This document shows positions 16,045 through 24,686 of a stretch of 25,346 nucleotides of DNA, in pieces. Location: IMG/VR virus record IMGVR_UViG_3300034375_006747, positions 1-25,346 of that record, one strand, 5' to 3'. Positions within the stretch are counted from its first letter, which is position 1. Each line of letters starts with the position of its first letter. Both the position numbers and the translations under genes were made by a program. The DNA comes from a virus (taxonomy: Duplodnaviria; Caudoviricetes). Below the pieces are notes generated by a model that was not told where the DNA came from, searched no databases, and was given only the letters and a program-made list of their open reading frames with translations.

Positions 16045-16100
16045 GAAAAAAGATACCTGACCTTTTGTTCTCTCGTTAGGAGAAATCTCTCTGGTATAAC
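16045..16100 (+). repeat. dispersed intergenic repeat, copy R3
   Basis: ATACCTGA-29 nt-TCTGGTAT; 16053-16075 identical to 20025-20047. Confidence 0.8.
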
Positions 16101-16197
16101 TGTGCCGAGATATAACTTAGTTGCAGAGCGTTAAGATTTGAGAACAAAGTTATAAAGTGTTCTGGAATAGATATAGTTTTATTATATAATCCAAATT

Positions 16198-16620
16198 ATG
16201 AAGTTAGATAATATGACAGATAATAGATATAAAGTAAATCAAAGTGATGTTAATGATATGCGTGAATTTAGGTCATTAGGTTTTACAGTTCAAGAAATAG
16301 CAGACAATTATAATATATCATCTGCAACAGTAGTTTATTGGACTAATGATAAATCTAGGGCTAAACAAAAAGCTAAAAATGCTAAAAGAAGAAGAACTAA
16401 AAAAGAAGATATTTCAAAAAAAATTAAAAACGATATGGCTAAAAGAAAATTAAATAATATAGAAACACCAAGAACAAAAATTAGACATACTTTAGAAAGC
16501 AGATTAAATGATAAAAGAAATCCTAATCCAAAAACTATTCATGGTATGAAAATAAAAGATGTTGTAGAAATGAAAGATAAAGGATTATTGCAGAGAGGTA
16601 ATTCAAAAATAGATATATAA
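16198..16620 (+). CDS. basic HTH DNA-binding protein
   Basis: GFTVQEIADNYNISSATVVYW; TATAAT 7 nt before the ATG (leaderless-like). Confidence 0.7.
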   Translation: MKLDNMTDNRYKVNQSDVNDMREFRSLGFTVQEIADNYNISSATVVYWTNDKSRAKQKAKNAKRRRTKKEDISKKIKNDMAKRKLNNIETPRTKIRHTLESRLNDKRNPNPKTIHGMKIKDVVEMKDKGLLQRGNSKIDI

Positions 16621-16631
16621 AGGAAAAGGAT

Positions 16632-16748
16632 ATGGTAAATAGAGCACAAAGAAGAAAAATGAAATCTAAAAAAGGTGGAATGTATCGTGGTTTGAAAAGA
16701 CCAACTGATGACGGAGTAGCAAATGGAGGTAAAAAAAGATATGGCTAA
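16632..16748 (+). CDS. 38-aa basic microprotein
   Basis: AAGGA RBS; MVNRAQRRKMKSKKGG... Confidence 0.55.
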   Translation: MVNRAQRRKMKSKKGGMYRGLKRPTDDGVANGGKKRYG

Positions 16749-16863
16749 TTTAAAAAATTTAGAAGAACAAGTTAAAACTCATAACTGGTGGAAAGCTAAT
16801 AGAGAAAAAATCAGAGAAAGGATAATAAAAAATTTTAATTTAAAAGAAACTTTTAAAATTTAA
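16741..16863 (+). CDS. 40-aa hypothetical microprotein
   Basis: GGAGG upstream; overlaps the previous stop; MANLKNLEEQVKTHNWWK... Confidence 0.5.
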   Translation: MANLKNLEEQVKTHNWWKANREKIRERIIKNFNLKETFKI

Positions 16864-16865
16864 AG

Positions 16866-16926
16866 TTGGTATATCTCGATAACAGGTATATAATTATCTT
16901 ATATGTTAGATAATAAAAAGGAGTTA
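16866..16926 (+). promoter_or_regulatory. early promoter plus TATGTTAGATAATAA leader motif and RBS
   Basis: TTGGTA-17 nt-TATAAT, then TATCTTATATGTTAGATAATAAAAAGGAGTTA. Confidence 0.65.
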
Positions 16927-16928
16927 AT

Positions 16929-18038
16929 ATGGTAAATCAGAAAAAAGCAGTTTATCGTTCCGAATGGGCTATGCCAAAAACTTTTGACATTATGCCTGAT
17001 GTTAGAAAATTTAATTCTAATAATCTTGAGAAAAAAGTTTTAAGAAAAAGAACTTTTATAATTGGCGCAAATGGAGTTATTGAAAAAGTAGTTTTCGATA
17101 ATGGGGAGTTTATAGAACCAAGTGACGGAATAAGTAGGGATAGTTGGGGCTTTCCTAAAATGGAATATATAATTGATGAAAAATTAGAATATAAATTTAA
17201 TCAATATGATTACCATTTTAATGATTATAAAAATCCACCACCTGCCCCTAAATTTGAAAAGGACTTAGAAATATTTGAAACCTTTTGGAAGTTAGCAGAA
17301 AAATATTCCAAACTTTATCCTAATGAGCAAGGATATGAGTGGCACATGTACATGGGATGTATGACACCAAGAAGAAGAAGATATTTCGATAAAGCAGGTA
17401 ATCAATATTATGCAAATACATATGAATTGAATTTAGAAATATCTAAACCAATATTAGAAAATAATGAAACTTGGAACGAAAAGTTACTAAAGAATAAATA
17501 TGCATATAAAAATGTTAAGAACGAAAATAAACTATCTACTGAAGAACTAGAAAAGATAGTTCGTAAAAATGTTAAGACTAAAATATTTAGCGACTTCTTT
17601 TATAAGAAATATTTCGATAAAAATATAAATATAGAATTAGTTAATAGTTATGAAGGCTCATCTTATTACACTTGGGGCGGAAGAATTATATTGAAAAAGT
17701 GGGCAACTGATTTAACTTTATTGCACGAACTTGCTCATCAAGGTGCAGGTTGTAATAACGACCACGATGAATATTTCACAAGTCAATTATTAATGCTTGT
17801 TGGAAGATTTTTAGGACATGAAATGCAAATTAAATTAATAGAAGAATATAAACTAAGAGATGTCCATTGGTTAGGAATATTTAATCATACCGAACAATGT
17901 CTAAAAGATTGTGGTGTAACTAATGAAGTTATGCTTAAAGGTGCTAAAAGTGTCAAGCAATGTGCTACTGGAACTACGAGAATGGTTGCAAGATTTAACA
18001 ATCATTTAACTAAGAAAGTAGCAAGTGCTAGATATTAA
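16929..18038 (+). CDS. zincin-like (HEXXH) putative metallopeptidase
   Basis: LLHELAH...DHDEYF, an SprT-like ligand arrangement. Confidence 0.6.
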   Translation: MVNQKKAVYRSEWAMPKTFDIMPDVRKFNSNNLEKKVLRKRTFIIGANGVIEKVVFDNGEFIEPSDGISRDSWGFPKMEYIIDEKLEYKFNQYDYHFNDYKNPPPAPKFEKDLEIFETFWKLAEKYSKLYPNEQGYEWHMYMGCMTPRRRRYFDKAGNQYYANTYELNLEISKPILENNETWNEKLLKNKYAYKNVKNENKLSTEELEKIVRKNVKTKIFSDFFYKKYFDKNINIELVNSYEGSSYYTWGGRIILKKWATDLTLLHELAHQGAGCNNDHDEYFTSQLLMLVGRFLGHEMQIKLIEEYKLRDVHWLGIFNHTEQCLKDCGVTNEVMLKGAKSVKQCATGTTRMVARFNNHLTKKVASARY

Positions 18039-18062
18039 ACTAAAAGAAAAAAGGAGATAATA

Positions 18063-18542
18063 ATGAGTGGAGAAATATTAGATACAAAACCAAGACCACA
18101 AGTTGAAAGAGTTCTTTCAAAGTTAATTGTTAATGGTGGTTGGATTTGTGGAGTAGAGTTCCAAAAGGAATTTATTCCAACTTACTCTCAAAGAATAACT
18201 GATTTGAGAAAAAGAGGTTGGAATATTGAAAGTGATGTTTGTGATAAAACAAGTCATAATCATACAGGCAGAGTTGCTATGTATAGAATAAATGACCACA
18301 ATGGTTGGAAAAATTATGAAACTTGGAATGTTGCACTTTGGATTGGTAATGAAGAATGTTTATATAAGTTAGCAAAAAGAAGTTCAAATTATTATAACTT
18401 TATTTGTAAAGTTTTTAACTCAAGTCATAGTGAAGTTATAAGATTTAAAAATGAAACGCCTGACGGTGTTAAATGGAACGATAAGTTAGTTAATAGAGAT
18501 GATATGGATGAATTTATAAATGAATTAAAGGAAGAATTATGA
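18063..18542 (+). CDS. two-domain protein: winged-HTH-like plus NGWxNYETW domain
   Basis: YSQRITDLRKRGWNI and NGWKNYETWNVALWI motifs; AAGGAG RBS. Confidence 0.55.
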   Translation: MSGEILDTKPRPQVERVLSKLIVNGGWICGVEFQKEFIPTYSQRITDLRKRGWNIESDVCDKTSHNHTGRVAMYRINDHNGWKNYETWNVALWIGNEECLYKLAKRSSNYYNFICKVFNSSHSEVIRFKNETPDGVKWNDKLVNRDDMDEFINELKEEL

Positions 18543-19042
18543 AAGAGCAATTTGTTATTTATGAAAATCCAATTCAGCATAGAACTAATACAGGAAGTCA
18601 TATTTCAATAGTTACAGATAATGAAACTTCTACAATTCCAATTAGTCCAATTGATTGGTTATGTGATTTTTGTAATAAAAATATTCAAATATTTGATGAA
18701 CAAGAGATACAAATGTCAATTTTTTGTTTAAATAATAATAATGCACTTTGTATGGAATGTTTTTTTAACATAATTAAAAAAGATAGAACAATGGCAGATG
18801 AGTTTGGACTTTGTCAATGTTGTATGGATAAAGAAGTAACAGATGAGCATAGAATTGTTTTTAGAAATTTAAAGAGCAAAGAACTAAAAGATAATTGGCA
18901 AGGCTTTATGAGATTTAAAAGCGAATATCAATTAGCAAGATTTCTATCACAATATTATGACGCAACAGGAGAAATGGTTTTACATGATAAACTCAACAAA
19001 GGTAAATTCAAAAAAGCAAAAGCAAAAAAAGAGCAAGAATAA
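18539..19042 (+). CDS. Cys-rich hypothetical protein
   Basis: CDFC, CMEC, CQCC motifs; ATGA overlap. Confidence 0.65.
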   Translation: MKEQFVIYENPIQHRTNTGSHISIVTDNETSTIPISPIDWLCDFCNKNIQIFDEQEIQMSIFCLNNNNALCMECFFNIIKKDRTMADEFGLCQCCMDKEVTDEHRIVFRNLKSKELKDNWQGFMRFKSEYQLARFLSQYYDATGEMVLHDKLNKGKFKKAKAKKEQE

Positions 19043-19259
19043 TATACCAACAATTAGTAGAACTAAACTATTAAATGAATTAACTAGCGGTAAATTTATT
19101 TGCTCATATCATAGTACAAATATAAGAGATGTTGTTTATAATGCACGAAAGACAGGACTGCCAATAGAAACTCTAACTTGTCTTGAAGAAGAGTGTACAA
19201 TGAAAGAAAGAAAACATAAGGCATATTATTATGAGTGGGCATTGGAACGAAGAAGATGA
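18957..19259 (+). CDS. hypothetical protein, start uncertain
   Basis: Fills the gap between neighbours; resembles the N-terminal domain of 18063-18542. Confidence 0.5.
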   Translation: MTQQEKWFYMINSTKVNSKKQKQKKSKNNIPTISRTKLLNELTSGKFICSYHSTNIRDVVYNARKTGLPIETLTCLEEECTMKERKHKAYYYEWALERRR

Positions 19260-19554
19260 TAACCAAGTTATATTTGAAGATGTATTTGGTAACGAAATTG
19301 CAATAGGCAAAGGATATAATGACGGACAAGTAAGCATTTATATTTGGGCTTTACCTCATCCTGCACCAATATTATTAAAAGCAGAAGATATTATTCCATT
19401 TACAAAAGCTCTACAAGAAGAAAGTAATTTAGCAATAGCACAAGTTGGTAAATTAAAAGCAAGTTTAGATTTATTAGTTTGTCAGAATTGTTCTACAATA
19501 ATTGAGCCAATTGAAGCACAACAAGATAAATGTGTTCATTGTTATGTCAATTGA
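19231..19554 (+). CDS. hypothetical protein with C-terminal zinc-finger-like motif
   Basis: CQNC...CVHC. Confidence 0.65.
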   Translation: MSGHWNEEDDNQVIFEDVFGNEIAIGKGYNDGQVSIYIWALPHPAPILLKAEDIIPFTKALQEESNLAIAQVGKLKASLDLLVCQNCSTIIEPIEAQQDKCVHCYVN

Positions 19555-19720
19555 GGGTTGGAGAGAAGACGAAACTTTTTCAGAGTTTAAAGCTAGAAAA
19601 AGAGCCGAGAGTGGAACTCAAGGCATGGGACAAAAAACAGTTAAAAAAAGAGATAATTGTCTGAAAATCAAAAAAGAGGACTTAGAAATAAACAAAAAGG
19701 TCGCAGAAAGCAAAATTTAG
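19544..19720 (+). CDS. short ORF, possibly the N-terminal part of the downstream nuclease
   Basis: MSIEGWREDETFSEFKARK...; overlaps 19657-20016, which is in the -1 frame. Confidence 0.45.
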   Translation: MSIEGWREDETFSEFKARKRAESGTQGMGQKTVKKRDNCLKIKKEDLEINKKVAESKI

Positions 19721-20016
19721 CTCGTAAAAAGCTACGCATTCCTGATACAAAATTTAGAGGACAAATGGGCAATGAGGAAAGTTGGCAAGGCGAAGTAAGA
19801 GTAGAAGTTAAAGCAGGAAAACAAATTCAAACTATTTGGACTAAATATTTAAAAGCAAAAGAACAAAGTGATTCAAATACAAGAATAGGAGATAGCAGAC
19901 CATTTATGTTTGTAGCTATGCCTGATGGAACTTCAAATGGTTTAGCAATTATTGAACTAGATAAGTTAGAAGATGTAATAATCGCGTTGTTAGAAACTTG
20001 GAACAACGAAACATAG
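19657..20016 (+). CDS. putative PD-(D/E)xK / Holliday junction resolvase-like nuclease
   Basis: KQKGRR, VRVEVKAG, PFMFVA pattern; position just before the terminase genes. Confidence 0.5.
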   Translation: MSENQKRGLRNKQKGRRKQNLARKKLRIPDTKFRGQMGNEESWQGEVRVEVKAGKQIQTIWTKYLKAKEQSDSNTRIGDSRPFMFVAMPDGTSNGLAIIELDKLEDVIIALLETWNNET

Positions 20017-20071
20017 AGAAAAACATACCTGACCTTTTGTTCTCTCGGTAGTAAAAAGCATTCTGGAACAA
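20017..20071 (+). repeat. dispersed intergenic repeat, copy R4
   Basis: ATACCTGA (20025-20032)-29 nt-TCTGGAAC (20062-20069). Confidence 0.8.
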
Positions 20072-20162
20072 CTATAAGGACTGAAAATTCAATGATTATG
20101 TAGTAAAATGTGTTTTGTGTGTATAAAAAAAAGAAATATGATACAATTTAGGAGAACGCATT

Positions 20163-20573
20163 ATGGCTAGACCAACTAAATTAACTGATACATTAATAGA
20201 AGAATTCTCCACAAGAATTAAACTTGGGCTTTCTTATTCAATGACTTGTGGGCATTTAGGTATAAGTTATGAAACATTTAGGCGTTGGAGAAAAGAGGGC
20301 GAAGATTTAATCGCTAATCCAAAAAGAAAATCTCAAAAAAATGAATTATTAATTAAATTTGTTAAAGAAGTAAATAAAGCTAATGCTGAAAATGTAATGA
20401 GGAGATTAGGCAGAATTGATAAAGCTAGTACTGAGGGCAAATGGCAAGCAGACGCTTGGTTTTTAGAAAGGCGTTTTCCTGAAGAATTTGGACGAGTTGA
20501 TAGATTAAAGCTTACAGGAGAAGAAGAAAACGAACCATTAACAATTAAATTAAAATGGTCAGACCAGAATTAA
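20163..20573 (+). CDS. terS: terminase small subunit
   Basis: MARPTKL, HTH (GISYETFRRW), WQADAWFLERRFP; directly upstream of terL. Confidence 0.7.
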   Translation: MARPTKLTDTLIEEFSTRIKLGLSYSMTCGHLGISYETFRRWRKEGEDLIANPKRKSQKNELLIKFVKEVNKANAENVMRRLGRIDKASTEGKWQADAWFLERRFPEEFGRVDRLKLTGEEENEPLTIKLKWSDQN

Positions 20574-21796
20574 CTATTGAACTTCCTGACTTGCATGAAA
20601 AACAGCAGGAGATATTAAACGATAATACAAGATTTAAAATTGTAGTTGCAGGTAGGCGTTGGGGCAAAACAAGACTTGGAATAGCAATGGCTATTAAATA
20701 TGCACTTCAAGGCGGTCGTGTTTGGTGGATAGCTCCAACTTATCCTATGGCTATGGAGGGTTGGAGAGAATTTAGACAAATAGTTGCAGACTTGCCTTGT
20801 GAAATACTTGAGGCTCAAAAATTAATAACATTTGCTAAAGGTAGCCTCCAAATAAAGTCAGGAGATAATCCTCAAAGGTTAAGAGGTGCAGGTTTAGATT
20901 TTGTAGTTTTAGATGAGTGCGCTTATATTAAAGAAGAAATATGGGCAGAAGTAATAAGACCAACATTAACAGAAAAACAAGGACATGCTTTATTTATATC
21001 AACACCAAGAGGCTTTAACTGGTTTTCAAGATTAGTAGAAAGAGCAGAAACTAATAAAGATTGGAATTTTTGGCAATATCATACAAATACTAATCCATTT
21101 ATACCAAAAGAAGAGTTACTAAGTGCTAAAGAAGAAATAGGAAGTTTTTTATTTAGCCAAGAATATGAGGCTCAATTTGTTGAAAGTGGGCAAGGATTAA
21201 TAAAACCTGATTGGTTTCATTATTATGAAAGTATTACTGAAAAAGAATATGATAAGATAGGTTATGAAATCAATAGAGATTATTTTCTTATCAATGAGAA
21301 AAAAATTGCGAAAGATGAAATTCAAATTATTACGACTGTGGATTTGGCTACAAGTACCAAAGAAAGTGCAGACTTTACTGCTATTGTTACAGTTGGTAAA
21401 ACAAAAGATAATGACTTATTGGTACTCGATGTTAAAAAAGCAAGATTAGAAGCACCTGATATATTACCTTTATTATGGAAAGTCTATAATGAATTTAAAC
21501 CTGCATATGTAGGTATAGAAAAAGCAGGATATCAACTAGCATTAATACAAATGGCTCAAAGAGAGGGCTTACCAGTTAAGCCATTAACTCCAGATAAGGA
21601 TAAATTCAGCAGAGCGTTGCCTTTAGGTGCTAAAATGGAAAGCGCACAAGTGTTTTTTAATCGTAATGCTTTATGGTATTCTGATTTGGAAAGAGAGTTG
21701 TTACAGTTTCCTGTTGGAGAGCATGATGACCAAGTGGACGCATTAGCTTATGCAATAACTGAAACAATTGGCACTACTGGATATAAAGCATATTAG
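20555..21796 (+). CDS. terL: terminase large subunit
   Basis: Walker A AGRRWGKT, Walker B FVVLDE, ISTP, nuclease motifs TVDLA and HDDQVDA. Confidence 0.93.
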   Translation: MVRPELTIELPDLHEKQQEILNDNTRFKIVVAGRRWGKTRLGIAMAIKYALQGGRVWWIAPTYPMAMEGWREFRQIVADLPCEILEAQKLITFAKGSLQIKSGDNPQRLRGAGLDFVVLDECAYIKEEIWAEVIRPTLTEKQGHALFISTPRGFNWFSRLVERAETNKDWNFWQYHTNTNPFIPKEELLSAKEEIGSFLFSQEYEAQFVESGQGLIKPDWFHYYESITEKEYDKIGYEINRDYFLINEKKIAKDEIQIITTVDLATSTKESADFTAIVTVGKTKDNDLLVLDVKKARLEAPDILPLLWKVYNEFKPAYVGIEKAGYQLALIQMAQREGLPVKPLTPDKDKFSRALPLGAKMESAQVFFNRNALWYSDLERELLQFPVGEHDDQVDALAYAITETIGTTGYKAY

Positions 21797-21852
21797 TAGT
21801 GGTGGCGATAGTAAGACCTTAGGGTTGCGTTCACTTACTATCAAAACCACTA
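21797..21852 (+). other. intergenic stem-loop abutting the portal RBS
   Basis: TAGTGGT/ACCACTA plus GATAGTAAG/CTTACTATC; AGGAG follows at 21853. Confidence 0.6.
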
Positions 21853-21862
21853 AGGAGTAAAA

Positions 21863-23359
21863 ATGGCAGAGAGAAGAAAATTAAGCGAAATAATATTTGG
21901 AAGAAATAATCAAGAAGAAAAATATTATAATTTTTTTAGAGATGATGTAGGAATATACGGACAAAACAGTTTTATATGGGGCTTTAATACGCGTGCAGGA
22001 GAATTTGATGTTAATAATATTGGTAATGGACAATCTAATTCAGCAGTTGTTGCATGTTTACAAACTTTAGGAGTTTCATTTTCTGAAGCCTCTTTATTAG
22101 TTAAAACTTATAACCAAGATAATGAAATGGAAGTTATTTATAATCATCCATTTGAAATATTGATGAAAAGACCTAATCCTTATATGTCAGGAGATGTAAT
22201 ACAACAATACATAATAAATGCTATGCATGTATTTGGAGATGCCTATTTATTAAAACAAAAGAATGAATCAGGACAAGTAGTAGCACTTTATCCTTTAATG
22301 CCTAACTTAGTAACTCCAAAAGGTACTAAAGAAGATTTGATAACTCATTATGAATATGAAACTGAAAAGAACGGCTTAACAATCATAATGAAAGAAGATA
22401 TTATACATTTACGATTAGGATTAGACCCAACTAATCATAAAAGAGGTTTTAGTCCTTTAAAGTCAGTATTAAGAGAAATATATGGCGATGAATCAGCAGG
22501 TCAATTAGCAACTGCATTATTAGCTAATAGCGGTGTTCCAAGTGTAATTATTAGTCCAAAGGACGGATATGGACCAACTAGTGAAGAAGCTGAACAAATT
22601 GTAAAAACTTATCAACAAAAAGTAGCAGGTCAAAACAAAGGAATGCCTTTAGTACTTAGTGGTGCTATGTCTGTAGAAAAAATGTCATTTAGTCCAAGTG
22701 AATTAGATATAGGAAAATTAAGACATATATCAGAAGAAAGAATATCAGCAGTATTAGGAGTACCTGCAATATTAGCAGGATTAGGTGCAGGATTAGATAG
22801 AGCAACTTATTCTAATGCAAAACAATTAAGAGAGTATTTTACTGAAAATAAATTAATACCATTATGGAGAATGATAGGACAAGAATTAACTCATCAATTA
22901 TTAAATGTAGATTTTCATACAGAACAATATCAAGAGGCTTATTATGACTTTTCAGATGTAAGAGCGTTACAGCAAGATGAAGATGATATGTATAGAAGAT
23001 TAGCAGTTGGTGTTAATGCAGGAATAATGACTATTGGCGAGGCAAGAAGAGCAATAGGATTAGATACAGATGAAAATGATGATGTTTATTTAATGCCTAA
23101 TAATAAAGTAGCAGTTCCAAAAGATGAATTAGGAACATTTACTGCAGTACAAGAAATACCAAATCAAGAAGTTATTGAATTATCTAGTTTTGAAAATGAT
23201 TTAGAAATAAAAGTAATTAGAGAAGAAAATGGCGAGTATTGTGTTTATTCAGAAGATACAAATAGACTTCTAGGTTGTTATCCTACTGAAGAATTAGCAA
23301 AAGCTAGATTAGAACAAATACATAGATTCGGAGAGAACGCTTATAGTGGAGAATTTTAA
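21863..23359 (+). CDS. HK97-type portal protein
   Basis: RPNPYM, GDAY, LYPL, IIHLR, GFSPL, LGVPAIL, ATYSN, TIGEARR. Confidence 0.9.
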   Translation: MAERRKLSEIIFGRNNQEEKYYNFFRDDVGIYGQNSFIWGFNTRAGEFDVNNIGNGQSNSAVVACLQTLGVSFSEASLLVKTYNQDNEMEVIYNHPFEILMKRPNPYMSGDVIQQYIINAMHVFGDAYLLKQKNESGQVVALYPLMPNLVTPKGTKEDLITHYEYETEKNGLTIIMKEDIIHLRLGLDPTNHKRGFSPLKSVLREIYGDESAGQLATALLANSGVPSVIISPKDGYGPTSEEAEQIVKTYQQKVAGQNKGMPLVLSGAMSVEKMSFSPSELDIGKLRHISEERISAVLGVPAILAGLGAGLDRATYSNAKQLREYFTENKLIPLWRMIGQELTHQLLNVDFHTEQYQEAYYDFSDVRALQQDEDDMYRRLAVGVNAGIMTIGEARRAIGLDTDENDDVYLMPNNKVAVPKDELGTFTAVQEIPNQEVIELSSFENDLEIKVIREENGEYCVYSEDTNRLLGCYPTEELAKARLEQIHRFGENAYSGEF

Positions 23360-24686
23360 AGGACCTTACGACGATTTAGATTTTACAATTCCTAAAGGTG
23401 CTAAAGAAGAAGCTAGGAGAGGTCTAGATTGGGTAAAAGAATATGGCAGAGGTGGTACTTCTGTTGGTAGGAATTCAGCAAGATATATTTTAAATAATAC
23501 AACTGCAGGTGCAGAAAAAGTAAGACATATTGCTAAATATTTTCCAAGACACGAAAGTGATAAAGCAGGTCAAGGTTGGTCACCAGGAGAAGATGGCTAT
23601 CCAAGTAATGGAAGAATAGCTTGGGCTTTATGGGGAGGAAACGCAGGAAGAAGTTGGAGCCAAAAGTTAGTAAGGGCAATGAATGCAAGAGATGAAAAAG
23701 TATCATCTGCTCTAGAGTTAATAAAAAGAAGAAATGCAATTTTAGACTTAAATGATGAAATATTTGCAGGAGAATTTGAAAGTGAAGAAACTAAAACTAT
23801 TTTATGGAAACAATATGACGCTTTATTATCTAAATGGGACTATCAATTAACTTTAGAATATTTTCAATTATTTAAAAATTTAGAAAGAGAAATAAATACT
23901 TATTTTAAGAATAATCCACCAACAATTATTGGTATTGGAGCAGGTGCAAGTTTAATTATTGATAAGATAACTGCAGATTGGAAAGCAGATTTATATGAAA
24001 TGTATTTATCATTAATGACTGACTTTGCTTATGCACAAATAGAAACTTTATTACCAGAACAAATTAAAAATAGAGATGAAGATATTATTGCAGGAAGACA
24101 AAGAAAACCTCGTATGGAAGTTATTACAGGTGGATTTTTTAGATTAAGAAACTCAAATACAGTTTTTCCTATTGAGCCTATGACAAGAAATAAAGAGGCA
24201 ATAGAATTTGTTACTAATAGATTAGATACAATTATGCCTGAATTAGCTAAGACAACTAAGAAAAGATTAAATGTTGCATTAAGAGTAGGATTTGATAAAG
24301 GAAGTGAATTAGGTTTAATAGGACAAGATTTAGCAGATTATGTTCAATCTGAAGTAAGCAATAGATTTGGATTACAAAGATTAGGAAGAAGTAATACTAT
24401 TGCAAGAACAGAGGCACAAGTCTTAGCACAATTTGGAAAAGAACAAGCAGTAAAAAGAAGTGGTGTTCCAGTAGAAAAACAATGGATTACTCGTAGAGAT
24501 AATTTAGTTCGAGACCCACATAGAGCAGTTGATAATGCTAGAGTAAATTATGAGCAATTGTTCACAGTAGGAGGATACAAGATGAAATATCCTGGCGATA
24601 GCTCTTTTGGTGCTCCTGCAAACCTTGTTGTCAATTGCAGATGTGATACAATATACCATAGAAAAAGGAATAGAAGACGCAGATGA
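23346..24686 (+). CDS. head morphogenesis protein (Mu gpF/SPP1 gp7-like) with an extra N-terminal domain
   Basis: IARTE, KQWIT, VRDPH, YPGD, NCRC. Confidence 0.85.
   Translation: MENFKGPYDDLDFTIPKGAKEEARRGLDWVKEYGRGGTSVGRNSARYILNNTTAGAEKVRHIAKYFPRHESDKAGQGWSPGEDGYPSNGRIAWALWGGNAGRSWSQKLVRAMNARDEKVSSALELIKRRNAILDLNDEIFAGEFESEETKTILWKQYDALLSKWDYQLTLEYFQLFKNLEREINTYFKNNPPTIIGIGAGASLIIDKITADWKADLYEMYLSLMTDFAYAQIETLLPEQIKNRDEDIIAGRQRKPRMEVITGGFFRLRNSNTVFPIEPMTRNKEAIEFVTNRLDTIMPELAKTTKKRLNVALRVGFDKGSELGLIGQDLADYVQSEVSNRFGLQRLGRSNTIARTEAQVLAQFGKEQAVKRSGVPVEKQWITRRDNLVRDPHRAVDNARVNYEQLFTVGGYKMKYPGDSSFGAPANLVVNCRCDTIYHRKRNRRRR

Noticed and set aside
19643-19650. AAAAAAG slippery site as the cause of the resolvase frameshift
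   Set aside because: Wrong codon register, and a -1 shift there meets TAA at 19654-19656
13683-23739. ORFs 13683-13928(-), 15073-15264(-), 19096-19329(-), 20615-20818(-), 21264-21449(+), 23533-23739(-)
   Set aside because: They overlap better-supported genes and show no independent coding signal
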